Source: Alphaproteobacteria bacterium (GTDB taxonomy: Bacteria > Pseudomonadota > Alphaproteobacteria > GCA-2746255). Taken from it: DNA of 64,000 nucleotides. The stretch spans positions 53,126-117,125 of the forward strand of contig JAGWAR010000004.1 in assembly GCA_021296325.1 (NCBI GenBank), read 5' to 3'. The notes beneath the pieces were generated by a model, which ran no database searches, was not told where the DNA came from, and was given only the letters and a program-made list of their open reading frames with translations. The translations under genes and the position numbers were made by a program. Numbering within the stretch: position 1 is the first letter of the stretch; every line of letters starts with the position of its first letter. Positions 8,609 to 22,052 of this stretch are shown one piece after another.

Positions 8609-9769
8609 GTGGGCAAGAAAGTCATGTCCGCCAGGCACGCAACGCAGGGGCTTACCAACGCGGACGTCGCGCATCTCCTGAGCGACCCCTCGGAGACCAT
8701 CCGCGCGGAAACGGCGTCCAAGATCGCCGCCCAGTTCGAGTCCGGTCGCCTGAGCGACACGGAACGCGAACTGGCCGAGCAGATCTTCCGCGTCATGGTC
8801 CAGGATGCGGCGTTGCGCGTCCGCGAGGCCTTGTCCCATCACCTGAAGGCGTGTCCCTTCCTGCCGCACGACGTGGCGGTGACGCTGGCGAAGGACGTCG
8901 ATTCGGTCGCGCTTCCCATCCTCGAGGCAAGCGACGTGCTGACCGACGTCGACCTGCTCGAAATCATCTCCAGCCAGAACGTCGAAAAACAGCTCGCGAT
9001 CACGCGGCGCAAGCGCGTCTCCGAGGTGGTGTCGGAAGCGCTGGTCGAAACCGGCGAAGAAGCCGTCGTCATCAGCCTGGTCGGCAACAAGGGGGCCGAA
9101 CTTTCCGAAGGCACGCTGCACAAGGTGCTCGACACCTATGGCGAGATCGAGGCGGTCCAGGCCCCTATCGTCAAGCGCGTCAAGCTGCCGGTCGCGATCT
9201 CTGAACGCCTGGTCACCCTGGTGACCGACAATCTGCGCGAACAGCTGATCACCAAGCACGATCTGCCGGTCTCCGCCGCCAGCGACCTCGTCATGCAGGC
9301 GCGCGAGCGCGCAACCCTCGCCCTGCTTGATCCGGACGCGGGCGAATTGTCGGCCGAGACGCTTGTCTATCAGCTACACGAGCACGACCGCCTGACGCCC
9401 AGCATCATCCTGCGCGCCGCCTGCACCGGGGACATGGACTTCTTCGTGGCCAGCATGGCGATCCGGGTCGGCATCCCCATCCCGAACGCCTACCAGCTGA
9501 TCTTCGACAAGGGCTATCTGGGGCTGAAGGCGATCTACCAGCGCAGCGGGCTGCCCGAAAATCTCTACCCGGCCTTTCGCGTCGCCGTCGACGTGGCGAA
9601 CGAGACCCAGTATGACGGCGAGGATTTCGACCGGGAACGCTACAACCGGCGCATCATCGAGCGCATCCTCACCCAGTACGAGAATTTGCGCAGCGACGAC
9701 ATCGAATACCTGCTGGGCCGGCTCACCAAGATCGGCGACAAGGTCGAGGCCGTGGCAGCCGGCGCTTAA
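8609..9769 (+). CDS. DUF2336-like helical repeat protein
   Basis: 386-aa ORF with strong GC3 bias. Its size and helical-repeat character match alphaproteobacterial DUF2336 proteins as I recall them. The start may be the internal MSARH (8624). Confidence 0.6.
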   Translation: MGKKVMSARHATQGLTNADVAHLLSDPSETIRAETASKIAAQFESGRLSDTERELAEQIFRVMVQDAALRVREALSHHLKACPFLPHDVAVTLAKDVDSVALPILEASDVLTDVDLLEIISSQNVEKQLAITRRKRVSEVVSEALVETGEEAVVISLVGNKGAELSEGTLHKVLDTYGEIEAVQAPIVKRVKLPVAISERLVTLVTDNLREQLITKHDLPVSAASDLVMQARERATLALLDPDAGELSAETLVYQLHEHDRLTPSIILRAACTGDMDFFVASMAIRVGIPIPNAYQLIFDKGYLGLKAIYQRSGLPENLYPAFRVAVDVANETQYDGEDFDRERYNRRIIERILTQYENLRSDDIEYLLGRLTKIGDKVEAVAAGA

Positions 9770-11838
9770 GCTCCGTTTTCCGCCGGCTTCCGGCACCAGA
9801 AAAGATAACCCAGCATTTCCGCGAACACCCCCGGATGGGCCTCTTCGAAACGTGCCCAGCAGGCAAGGTCCGTCATGGCGGCGTCGGCAGGGTATTCCTT
9901 GCGGTAGAGATTGCGGATGCCAAGCGCATCCTCGTAGAACTGGAAGCCCAGGAATTCGAGTCCCTGATCCGCGATCATCTTTTCGATTTGCGGGATCGTG
10001 TAGCGGTGTTCCTGTACGTGGAAGATCAAATCCCGGCAGCCGCTCAACGCGAAGAAATCGTGAAAGACCATGAGGCCGGCGCACGCGTCGTGTTCGCCCG
10101 TCAGCATGGCGTGGCGGAAATCGCGGATGTCCTTCGCCACCGGTTGCAGGCCAAGCTCGGCGATGCGGGCGCGGGCCTCCACGATGTCCTTGCGGGCGGC
10201 CTCGCCGTAAAGCCCGATCAGCATCAGCCCGCCGGGCCGCAGCAGCCGCGTCAGCACCGTCCAGCCCTTTTCCGGCTCCTTCATGTGATGGAGCACGCCG
10301 GCGCATTCGATGAGGGGGAATTGCCGCTTCAGGGCGTCGAGGTCGAGGATGTCGCCCTGATGGAACGTCAGGTTCCCGATGCCGAGGGCGCGGCTCATGC
10401 GGCGCGCATAGGCGAGGCTGCTTTTGCTCAAATCGACCGCCGTGATCTTCGCATCCCCATAGGCCAGCGCGCGCAGGGCCGCGTGCTTGCCGGTGCCACA
10501 GCCGGCGATCAGCACTTCCGGCGCCTCCTCGGCCAGAAAATCCGGCAACGCCTCCCGGGGCAGAAGCTGCGCCAGCGCCTGGGCCAGCGTCGCGGGCGCC
10601 GGCCGGTCGATCGAAAGCCAGCGCGGGTAGGGATTCGCCTCGTACTGGGACTGGACGGCGCGGGAGGTGGCGTCCCGGATCTCGGTGAGGGAGGGGATCC
10701 GGGCCTTGCTCGCCTCTTCCTCCAGGGGCTCAACCAGGGCCTGCCGGAGGACCGGCCGCAGGGGCGCCGGCCAGGCGTCCAGGGGCACCTCCGTCAGCTT
10801 CCCGGCCCCGGCCAGCCGGTGCAGCGGTTCGTAAAGCGCCAGCAGAAGCAGTTTCTCGCAAAACGCCGCCTCCGGTTCCGCCTTGGCCGCCAGCGCGGCC
10901 TCGACGCCGGCTTTCAGTTCGCCAAGCCGCGCTTCCTCTTCCTCGCTTACCCAGAAGACGTATTCGTTGTTGAAGCCCTGGGCGGCTAGCGCGGCCAGAA
11001 ACGGCCACTGCGCCGCCGCAAGCGTGTCGGAGAAAAGAAACTCCCGGCGCAGGTCCGTCAGGAAAAGCTCCAACTCGCCATCCGCGTTCACCGTCTTCTT
11101 TAATAGGGCCTGCAGCAGGGCATCGGCGAAAAGCGCGTCCGCCGCCTTGGCCCCGCCGCCGATTCCGTGGCGTTGCTTCACAAGATGGGCGGCCGGCCGG
11201 GCCAGCGCCTGATGGCTCACATGGGTAAAGCCGAAGGCCCGTTCCATCAGGCTGGCGTGCCGCGCCTCATAAGTCTCCGGCGCCATACGGGCCAGCGCGT
11301 AGACGAGGCCGATCTGCAACAGCGCGTTGTCCGGGTGCTGGCGCAGCGCCGCCTCGAAATGACCGCAGGCCTCCTTGTGCAGCCCGCTATCGCTTTGGAT
11401 GGCGCCGAGCTTGGCGTGGAATTCGCTATTCCCCGGATCGGCCTCCAACAGGGTTTCGTAGTGCGGCACGGCTTCCGCGGCGCGGCCCAGCGCCAGCAGC
11501 GTATCGGCCATCTGGTGGCGGGCCGGCGCGAGCTTGGGCTCGAGCGTCAGCGCCGCCTCGTAATGGGCGATCGCGTCCGTCGGTTTTCCCGACGCCTCCA
11601 GCGCAAAACCGAGATGGGTGTGAAAGATCGGCGCCTTGGGGTCCTGCGCGACCGCCTGGCGCAGCAATTCGACGGCGGCGGCGTGTTCGCCCCGCTGCTG
11701 GGCCAACACGCCAAGCAGGTGCAGCGCGTCCGGCTGGTCCGGTTCCTCGGCCAGCACCTTGCGGTAAAGCGCCTCGGCTTCGTCCAGCCGCCCGGCCTCG
11801 TGATGGCGGACGGCTTCGGTGAGAAGTTCAACGCTCAT
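9766..11838 (-). CDS. TPR-repeat protein fused to a class I SAM-dependent methyltransferase
   Basis: 690 aa. N-terminal TPR repeats (AEALYRKVLAEEPDQPDALHLLGVLA..., four or more units). C-terminal MTase motif VLIAGCGTGKHA, DLSKSSL, LRPGGLMLIGLY. Confidence 0.8.
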   Translation of the reverse strand: MSVELLTEAVRHHEAGRLDEAEALYRKVLAEEPDQPDALHLLGVLAQQRGEHAAAVELLRQAVAQDPKAPIFHTHLGFALEASGKPTDAIAHYEAALTLEPKLAPARHQMADTLLALGRAAEAVPHYETLLEADPGNSEFHAKLGAIQSDSGLHKEACGHFEAALRQHPDNALLQIGLVYALARMAPETYEARHASLMERAFGFTHVSHQALARPAAHLVKQRHGIGGGAKAADALFADALLQALLKKTVNADGELELFLTDLRREFLFSDTLAAAQWPFLAALAAQGFNNEYVFWVSEEEEARLGELKAGVEAALAAKAEPEAAFCEKLLLLALYEPLHRLAGAGKLTEVPLDAWPAPLRPVLRQALVEPLEEEASKARIPSLTEIRDATSRAVQSQYEANPYPRWLSIDRPAPATLAQALAQLLPREALPDFLAEEAPEVLIAGCGTGKHAALRALAYGDAKITAVDLSKSSLAYARRMSRALGIGNLTFHQGDILDLDALKRQFPLIECAGVLHHMKEPEKGWTVLTRLLRPGGLMLIGLYGEAARKDIVEARARIAELGLQPVAKDIRDFRHAMLTGEHDACAGLMVFHDFFALSGCRDLIFHVQEHRYTIPQIEKMIADQGLEFLGFQFYEDALGIRNLYRKEYPADAAMTDLACWARFEEAHPGVFAEMLGYLFWCRKPAENGA

Positions 11839-11881
11839 CGCTTGCTTCGCTGGCTTGGTTCGGGAATGAAAAATACGACAT

Positions 11882-11958
11882 TGGTCGGAGTGAGAGGATT
11901 CGAACCTCCGACCCCCGCCTCCCGAAGACGGTGCTCTACCAGGCTGAGCTACACTCCG
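11882..11958 (-). tRNA. tRNA-Pro (anticodon CGG)
   Basis: Hand-folded 77-nt cloverleaf: CGGAGTG TA GCTC AGCCTGGTA GAGC A CCGTC TTCGGGA GGCGG GGGTC GGAGG TTCGAAT CCTCT CACTCCG A CCA. Confidence 0.9.
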
Positions 11959-12033
11959 ATCCCAAGGGCCGCCTTATACCCTTAAAGGCGCCCACCCGAC
12001 AAGCAATGGCAGGGTTTTGGCCGGGTCTTTGCC

Positions 12034-13053
12034 CTAATAGGCGCGGTCGATGCAGAAATCGATGAGGCCGGCCAGCGCTTCCTTCTCCGGCCGCTCCGGA
12101 AAGATGCCAAGCGCGTCCCGCGCCACCGCCCCGTAGTGACGCGCCCGCTTGATCGAATCGCCAAGCGCGTCGCGGGCCCGCATGATCGCAATCGCGCGCT
12201 CGAGATCGCCCGCCTCCTGGTCCAGGTCCTCGACGGTCCGTTGCCAGAACCGGCGTTCCTCCGCGTTCCCGCGGCGATAGGCCAGCACGACCGGCAGCGT
12301 GATCTTGCCTTCCCGAAAGTCGTCGCCGATCGTCTTGCCAAGCGTCTGTTCGTGGGCGGAATAGTCGAGCACGTCGTCGACCAGCTGGAACGCGGTGCCA
12401 AGGTTAAGGCCGTAGCTGCGCAACGCCTCGGCTTCCGTCTGCGGCCGTTCGGCCAGCACGGCGCCGACCTCGCAGGCGGCCGCAAACAGCATCGCCGTCT
12501 TTGCCTGCACGACCTCCAGATAGCTCGCCTCGCTCGTTTCCGGGTCGTTCGCCGTCGACAATTGCAACACTTCGCCCTCGGCGATCGTGCTGGCCGCTTC
12601 CGAAAGGATGGCCAGCACCCGAAGCGAGCCGTCCGCCACCATCAGCCGGAAGGCGCGCGCAAACAGAAAGTCGCCGACCAGCACGCTCGACTCGTTGCCC
12701 CAAAGCGCGTTCGCTGACGCTTCGCCGCGGCGAAGGTCGCTTTCGTCGACGACGTCGTCATGCAGAAGGGTGGCCGTGTGGATGAACTCGACGCTCGCCG
12801 CCAGGCCGACATGGCGCAACCCCTCGTAACCGCAGAGCTTCGCCGAGGCCAGCGTCAGCATCGGGCGCAGCCGTTTGCCGCCGGAAGCGATCAGGTGATT
12901 GGCCAGTTGCGGGATCAGCGGGGCGCGGCTTTGCAGATTGTCGAGGATGACCTGGTTGACGGCCTTCAGGTCCTCTTGGACCAGGGAATGAATCCGGTCG
13001 AAGGCGGCCCGCGTCTTGCGTTCGGCGCCTTCCAGATTTACGACGACTCCCAC
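12034..13053 (-). CDS. ispB: Polyprenyl (octaprenyl) diphosphate synthase
   Basis: 339 aa. FARM motif LLHDDVVDE and SARM motif QLVDDVLD. Typical IspB length. Confidence 0.88.
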   Translation of the reverse strand: MGVVVNLEGAERKTRAAFDRIHSLVQEDLKAVNQVILDNLQSRAPLIPQLANHLIASGGKRLRPMLTLASAKLCGYEGLRHVGLAASVEFIHTATLLHDDVVDESDLRRGEASANALWGNESSVLVGDFLFARAFRLMVADGSLRVLAILSEAASTIAEGEVLQLSTANDPETSEASYLEVVQAKTAMLFAAACEVGAVLAERPQTEAEALRSYGLNLGTAFQLVDDVLDYSAHEQTLGKTIGDDFREGKITLPVVLAYRRGNAEERRFWQRTVEDLDQEAGDLERAIAIMRARDALGDSIKRARHYGAVARDALGIFPERPEKEALAGLIDFCIDRAY

Positions 13054-13134
13054 CCCAACACCTTAGCGTTGCTTGACATTCAGCCGTTTCGGGGAGCATA
13101 GAAGTCCCCCTCCTTACCGGTCAAGCCGCTTCTC

Positions 13135-13344
13135 GTGATGAAGGAATTGCTGCGCACGAACGACCCGGTGTTGCTGTCCCTGCTGATGGCGCGGTTGAAG
13201 GATGCGGCCATCGAGGCCGTCGTCCTCGATTCACACATGAGCGTTCTGGAAGGCAGCGCCAACGCGATTCCCCGCCGGGTCATGGTGGCCGACGACGATC
13301 TGGCGCGGGCCGAGCGCGTGCTGGAAGAAACGGAACAAACCTAG
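13135..13344 (+). CDS. DUF2007-like small protein
   Basis: 69 aa, MMKELLRTNDPVLLSLLMARLKDAAIEAVVLDSHMSVLEGS...RVMVADDDLARAERVL. Sits in the conserved position between ispB and the methyltransferase. Confidence 0.7.
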   Translation: MMKELLRTNDPVLLSLLMARLKDAAIEAVVLDSHMSVLEGSANAIPRRVMVADDDLARAERVLEETEQT

Positions 13345-13345
13345 G

Positions 13346-14098
13346 ATGCCAACCGCCGGCACCTTCACGGAAGACACGCTGCTCGACGGCCGCGTCAAAC
13401 TGACGCAACCGCAAGACGGCTATCGTGTGGCGATCGATCCGGTGCTGCTGGCCGCCGCGGTGCCGGCGCAGGCGAACGAACGCGTGTTCGAGATCGGCGC
13501 CGGCAGTGGCGCCGCCGCCCTTTGCCTGGCGGCCCGCGTGGCCGGCGTTGCGATCGACGGCATCGAAATGCAGCCGGACCTGCTCGCCCTGGCCGAACGC
13601 AACGTGCGGCAGAACGGAGTGGCGGCCAGGCTCCGTATCCTGCCGGGCGATCTGCTCGACCCGCCGGCGGCCTTGCGGGAAGGGGCCTATGACCACGTGA
13701 TGGCGAACCCGCCCCACCTGCCGGCCTCGGGCAGCGCGCCCAGGGATGCGGAACGGCGCCTGGCCCACCGGGAAGGGACGGCGGACCTTGCCGACTGGGT
13801 CCGTTTCGCCGGCCGCATGGCGAAAGAGGGGGCCACGCTCACCTTTCTTCACCGCTTCGACCGGCTGGACGAACTGCTCGATCTTCTGGGCGCGTGCGCC
13901 GGCGATCTCCGCGTCCTGCCGCTATGCCCCATGGCGGGCAGGCCCGCCAAGCGCGTCCTCGTCCAGGGCCGCAAGGGAGCGCCGGCCGGGACGGCCCGCG
14001 CCGACGCGCGCGCCCTTCACGACGCCGCCGGTGCCTACACGCCCGAGCTGGAGGCGGTGCTTCGCAAAGGCGCGGCTCTTTCCCTCGACCGATCCTGA
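13346..14098 (+). CDS. N6-adenine-type SAM methyltransferase (tRNA1(Val) m6A37 methyltransferase-like)
   Basis: 250 aa. SAM motif VFEIGAGSGAAAL and catalytic NPPH (VMANPPHL). Confidence 0.7.
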   Translation: MPTAGTFTEDTLLDGRVKLTQPQDGYRVAIDPVLLAAAVPAQANERVFEIGAGSGAAALCLAARVAGVAIDGIEMQPDLLALAERNVRQNGVAARLRILPGDLLDPPAALREGAYDHVMANPPHLPASGSAPRDAERRLAHREGTADLADWVRFAGRMAKEGATLTFLHRFDRLDELLDLLGACAGDLRVLPLCPMAGRPAKRVLVQGRKGAPAGTARADARALHDAAGAYTPELEAVLRKGAALSLDRS

Positions 14099-14221
14099 CC
14101 GTGCCGGTTGGCAACCTGCCTTCCGCCCCGTATGGTTTGCGGAACGCGTGCTCCCGGTTCCCGATGGCAGGGCGCGGAACAGCAACGCCAGGGATTCGGA
14201 AACGGAAGGACGTAACGCGGC

Positions 14222-14434
14222 ATGTTTGCGCTTAATCTCGTTAAGCTTTTTGTTGTTGCCGTCATCGTTGCGGTTCTTTGGTACGGCTACAAATGGGTGG
14301 CAGGCTTCTTCGGCAGGACGGGATCGGACAAGGATCCGGACGCGCTCGACATGAAGGAGTGCACGGTCTGCGGTGTCTATCGCACGGCCCGGGGCCAGGC
14401 CGCCTGCGACCGGGAAGACTGTCCCTATAGGTAA
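14222..14434 (+). CDS. Small membrane protein with a Cys-rich tail
   Basis: 70 aa. One TM helix ([18 protein letters not shown]), then CTVCGVY...ACDREDCPY. Lies immediately upstream of glyQ. Confidence 0.5.
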   Translation: MFALNLVKLFVVAVIVAVLWYGYKWVAGFFGRTGSDKDPDALDMKECTVCGVYRTARGQAACDREDCPYR

Positions 14435-14438
14435 AGCC

Positions 14439-15317
14439 ATGGCGAAGCCGCTTTCCTTTCAGGATCTGATCTTGAGGCTCGAGACCTTCTGGTGCGGGGA
14501 GGGCTGTGTCCTGCTCCAGCCCTACGACATGGAGATGGGCGCCGGCACCTTTCATCCGGCGACGACGCTGCGCGCCCTGGGGCCGAAACCGTGGCGCGCC
14601 GCCTATGTGCAGCCCTCGCGCCGGCCCTCGGACGGGCGCTATGGTGAGAACCCGAACCGGCTTCAGCACTACTACCAGTTCCAGGTCATCCTGAAGCCTT
14701 CGCCCGACGACGTGCAGGACGTCTATCTGGAAAGCCTGAAGGCGCTTGGCATCGATTCGACGCTCCACGACATCCGTTTCGTCGAGGACGACTGGGAAAG
14801 CCCGACGCTCGGCGCCTGGGGGTTGGGCTGGGAAGTTTGGTGCGACGGCATGGAGGTCACCCAGTTCACCTATTTCCAGCAGGTGGGCGGCATCGAATGC
14901 GATCCCGTCGCGGTGGAACTCACCTACGGGCTCGAACGGCTCGCCATGTACGTGCAGGGGGTCGAGAACGTCTACGACCTCGACTGGAACGGTGGCGAAG
15001 GCGCAACGCGCGTTACCTATGGCGACGTCTTCCTCGCCAGCGAACGCCAGTATTCGGCCTACAACTTCGAACACGCCAACACGGACCGTCTGTTGCGAAG
15101 CTTCGCCGACGTCGAAGCGGAATGTCAGGACCTGTTGCAGCACCACTTGGCGCTGCCGGCCTATGACCAGTGCATCAAGGCAAGTCACCTCTTCAACCTT
15201 CTGGATGCGCGCGGCGTCATCAGCGTGACGGAACGCGCCGCCTACATCGCCCGCGTGCGCCAGCTGGCCAAGGCGTGCTGCGAGGCGTGGCTCGCCGGCG
15301 AGGCGGACGGCGGCTGA
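14439..15317 (+). CDS. glyQ: Glycine--tRNA ligase alpha subunit
   Basis: 292 aa from ATG 14439. [12 protein letters not shown]...[30 protein letters not shown] is unmistakable GlyQ. Confidence 0.95.
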   Translation: MAKPLSFQDLILRLETFWCGEGCVLLQPYDMEMGAGTFHPATTLRALGPKPWRAAYVQPSRRPSDGRYGENPNRLQHYYQFQVILKPSPDDVQDVYLESLKALGIDSTLHDIRFVEDDWESPTLGAWGLGWEVWCDGMEVTQFTYFQQVGGIECDPVAVELTYGLERLAMYVQGVENVYDLDWNGGEGATRVTYGDVFLASERQYSAYNFEHANTDRLLRSFADVEAECQDLLQHHLALPAYDQCIKASHLFNLLDARGVISVTERAAYIARVRQLAKACCEAWLAGEADGG

Positions 15318-15319
15318 CG

Positions 15320-17397
15320 ATGGCGGAATTCCTGCTCGAACTCCTATCGGAAGAAATCCCGGCCCGCATGCAGACGCGCGCGGCGGACGATCTCGAACGC
15401 TTGGTCGCCGCCGGGCTGAAGGAAGCCGGGCTTCCGTTCGAGCGCATCGCGGCCTACGCGACGCCGCGGCGGCTCGCGCTTTGCGTGGACGGCCTGCCGA
15501 AGGCCCAGGCCGACCTTTCGGAAGAACGCCGGGGCCCCCGCGTCGATGCACCCGAAAAGGCGATCGAAGGCTTCCTCGCCAGCGTCGGCCTTTCCCGCGA
15601 CGCGCTCGAACACCGCCAGACGGAGAAGGGCGAGTTCTATTTCGCCACGATCGAGCGCAAGGGCCGCCCGGCGGCCGAGGTGCTGGCCGCGCTGCTGCCC
15701 GGCATCTTCCAGACCTTTCCCTGGCCGAAATCCATGCGCTGGGGGGGCGGCCGGGCGCGCTGGGTGCGCCCGCTCCACGGGCTCCTCTGCCTGTTCGACG
15801 GCAAGGTCGTGCCGGTCGCCTTCGACGGCATGGAGGCCTCCGACCGTACCCTTGGCCACCGCTTCCTTGCCCCGAAGCCCTTCCGGGTGAAGCACTTCGC
15901 CGATTACCGCGAACGCCTGCGTGCCGCCTACGTCATGCTGGAAAAGGACGCCCGCATCGAGGCGATCACCGCCGATGCGACGCTCGCCGCCAAGGACGAG
16001 AATCTGCGCCTGGCCGAGGCCGGCACCTTGCTCGAGGAAGTGGCCGGCCTCGTCGAATGGCCGGTCGTCCTGCTCGGCGACATCGATCCAAAATTCATGG
16101 CGCTGCCGTCGGAGGTGCTGACGACGGTGATGCGCGCCCACCAGAAATATTTCGCGCTCACGGATCCGGACGGCAAGCTGGCACCCCGTTTCGTGCTGGT
16201 CTCGAACGTGCAGGCGACGGATGGGGGCGGCGCCATCGTCGCCGGCAACGAGCGCGTGCTCCGCGCTCGGCTCGAGGACGCGCAGTTCTTCTGGGACCAG
16301 GACCGCAAGCGCCAGCTCGTCGATTGGTTTCCGGGCCTGCACGAGGTGGTCTTCCATGCCGGCCTCGGCTCGCTGGCCGATCGCGCCTTCCGCTTGCAGG
16401 AACTGGCCGACGGCATCGGCCAGCAGATCGGCGCCAAGGCCAAGCTTGCGCGCCGCGCCGGCCAGCTTGCGAAATGCGACCTGCTTTCCGGCATGGTCCA
16501 CGAATTCCCCGAGCTTCAGGGCGTCATGGGCCGCTACTACGCGGCCGAAGGCGGCGAGCCGCCGGAAGTGGCGGCGGCGATGGCCGAACACTACGCCCCC
16601 CAGGGCCCGAACGACGCCTGCCCGGCGGCGCCGGTCAGCGTCGCGCTGGCGCTGGCCGACAAGATCGACCAGCTCACCGGCTTCTTCGCGATCGGCGAGA
16701 AACCGACCGGCTCGAAGGACCCCTTCGCGCTTCGCCGCGCCGCCCTTGGCGTCATCCGCCTGATTTTGGAGAACAAGTTGCGCCTTCCCCTGCGCGCCCT
16801 GTTCCAGGCGGCCTTCCGCCTGCAGCCGGAGGCCGTGCGCGCCGCTCTCGGCAAGGATGCCGAGGCCGGGATCGTCGCCGACCTCCTCGACTTCTTCGCC
16901 GACCGCCTCAAGGTGCATTTGAAGGAAAAAGGTATCCGTCACGATCACATCAGCGCCGTCTTCGCGCTGACGGGCGAGGACGATTTCGTGCGCCTGCTCG
17001 AACGCGTCGCGGCGCTCCGCGAATTTCTGGCAAGCGAGGACGGCGCCAATCTGCTGGTTGCCTACCGGCGTGCCCGCAACATCGTCCACATCGAGGAAAA
17101 GAACGACGCCACCACCTATGACGGCGCCGTCAAATCCGCCGCTCTTCGCGAATCCCAGGAGCAGGCGTTGCAAACGCGCCTCGAAGAGGTGCAGAAACTT
17201 GCCGATGCCGCGTTGAAGAACGAAGAGTTCGCCACCGCCATGTCGGCGCTGGCCCGGCTGCGCCTGCCGGTGGACGCTTTCTTCGATCACGTGACCGTCA
17301 ACACCGAGGACAAGGCCCTGCGCGCGAATCGCCTTCACCTGCTTGCGAACATCCGGCGCACGCTGGAAAGCGTCGCCGACTTTTCAAAGATCGAAGG

Positions 17398-17401
<4 letters not shown>
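15320..17401 (+). CDS. glyS: Glycine--tRNA ligase beta subunit
   Basis: 693 aa from ATG 15320 (MAEFLLELLSEEIPARMQ), 2 nt after the glyQ stop. Confidence 0.93.
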
Positions 17402-20075
<2,674 letters not shown>

Positions 20076-20079
<4 letters not shown>

Positions 20080-20936
20080 CGCCGGGGGGAAAGCCGCGCC
20101 GCGCCCGCCTGCAGGGCATCGCCGGCTTCAATGGCCTCGTGCTTTAACAGGGCGAGCCCGACGTCGCCCCGCACCGAGGTCAGCATGCCCACGTCGCGCC
20201 CGCCCGCCGCGATGGCCGTGCCGGGGGCGGGGGGCGCCCCCTCGATCGTCACCGGAAAGAGGCCCTTACGGGCAAGCCCGCGGTGCTTCATGCGGGCCGT
20301 CACCTCCTGGCCCACGTAGCAGCCCTTCTCCCAGTCGATGCCGTTCAACGCGTCGAACCCGTAATCCAACAGCACGGCCTTCTCCGGCTCGAGATCGCGG
20401 CTGCCGTCGGGCAGGCCAAGGGTGATGCGAAAGCGGTCGTAATCCGCCGCGTCTGCTTTTGCGAAACCGGCGACGTCAACCGTCCCGTCGTTCGGCAAAA
20501 GCGCGCGGGTGCCGGCCTTCGCCGTCCGCGGGTCGACGTAAAGCAGGCCGTCCTCGTAAAACCGCGCCGCGCCGGCCTCTTCCGGAAGGCGAGAGGCCTC
20601 GACCGCGCCTTCCCCGAAGAAGGCGAAGACGCGGAATTTTTCCGTCGCGTCCTCGATCGAAACCTTGGCGCGCAACTTGTATAGGGAAAGCCGCTTCTTG
20701 AGTTCTTCGATTCGCGCGCCTTCGCTCTCCAGGTAGAACGCGGCGTCCATGCGCAGAAGAAAGAAATCGAACAGGAACTTCCCCTGGGGCGTCAGCAGCG
20801 CGCCATATAGGGCGCGCTCCCCGCTCGCCTTCGTCACGTCGACCGAGACCAGTCCCTGCAGGAACGTTTCCGCGTCCTCGCCCATGATCGCGAGCACGCC
20901 ACGGTCTTCAAGCAGGGCATAGGAAGCGGGCATCAA
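20076..20936 (-). CDS. ygfZ: YgfZ/CAF17-family folate-binding protein
   Basis: 286 aa. GcvT-like N-terminus (DRGVLAIMGEDAETFLQGLVS) and KGCYVGQEVTARMKHRG. Confidence 0.8.
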
Positions 20937-21026
20937 GGGTCCATCTCCGCGGCAAAGGGTGCCAGCCTAACCTGCCTTTAAGTGGGATCGCTTGGCAAGG
21001 GGCGGGGGGCTTTCTATAAATCCCCT

Positions 21027-22052
21027 ATGACCCGTGTCCTCCAGTGCATCGCCGGTGCCGAACATGGCGGCGCCGAGACGTTCTTCGTCTCCCTCGTGCT
21101 GGCCCTCCATAACGCGGGCCTCGAACAGCGCGTCGTCATGCGCCCGAACGCGCTGCGCCGCGCCCGCCTCGAGAAGGGCGGCATCGCGCCGGTCGAGCTT
21201 CCCTTCGGCGGCGTCTTCGATTTCCGGACCGGCCCGGCCCTGAAGCGCGAGGCGGAACGCTTCGGCGCCGACGTCGTGCTCTCCTGGATGAACCGCGCCT
21301 CCATCCGCTGCCCGAAGGGCCCTTACGTCCGCGCCGGGCGCCTCGGCGGCTACTACGACCTGAAATATTACCGGACCTGCGACTGGCTGATCGGCATCAC
21401 GCCGGATATTGTGGAACACATGGTGCGCAATGGCTGGCCGCGGGAACGCGCCATCTACCTTCCGAATTTCGCAACGCCCGAGGCCGCGCCGCCGGTGCCG
21501 CGCGCCTCCCTTGCCACGCCCGAGGACGTGCCGCTCATCTTCTCGCTTGGCCGCCTGCATCCGGCCAAGGGTTTCGACGTGTTGTTCGAGGCGCTCGCCG
21601 ACATCCCCGGCGCCTATCTCTGGCTGGCCGGCGAGGGACCGTCCAGGGGCGAGCTTGAAGCGCTTGCCGAACGACTCGGCGTTGCTCCGCGCGTCCGTTT
21701 CCTGGGCTGGCGCGAGGACAAGGCCGCGCTTTTCGCCGCCGCCGACGTCGCCATCTTTCCCTCGCGCTACGAGCCCTTCGGTACGGTGACGCTGGAAGCC
21801 TGGGCCTACGAAACGCCGCTGGTGGCGGCAGCCAGCGCCGGGCCCGCCGGCGTCATTGCCGACGGCGAGGACGCGCTGCTGGTGCCGGTCGAGGACGCGC
21901 CCGCCTTGGCCGCTGCGATCAACCGGCTGATCGCCGACAAGGCCTTGCGCGACGCGCTGGTCGCCAGGGGCAAGGCGAAATTCGATGCGCATTTCACCGA
22001 GGCCGCCGTTGCCCGCCGCTACCTCGACTTCTTTGAACGGATCCAGAGCTGA
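21027..22052 (+). CDS. Glycosyltransferase family 4 (GT-B)
   Basis: Starts at ATG 21027 (MTRVLQCIAGAEHGGAE). EX7E-type region SRYEPFGTVTLEAWAYETPLVA. Confidence 0.8.
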   Translation: MTRVLQCIAGAEHGGAETFFVSLVLALHNAGLEQRVVMRPNALRRARLEKGGIAPVELPFGGVFDFRTGPALKREAERFGADVVLSWMNRASIRCPKGPYVRAGRLGGYYDLKYYRTCDWLIGITPDIVEHMVRNGWPRERAIYLPNFATPEAAPPVPRASLATPEDVPLIFSLGRLHPAKGFDVLFEALADIPGAYLWLAGEGPSRGELEALAERLGVAPRVRFLGWREDKAALFAAADVAIFPSRYEPFGTVTLEAWAYETPLVAAASAGPAGVIADGEDALLVPVEDAPALAAAINRLIADKALRDALVARGKAKFDAHFTEAAVARRYLDFFERIQS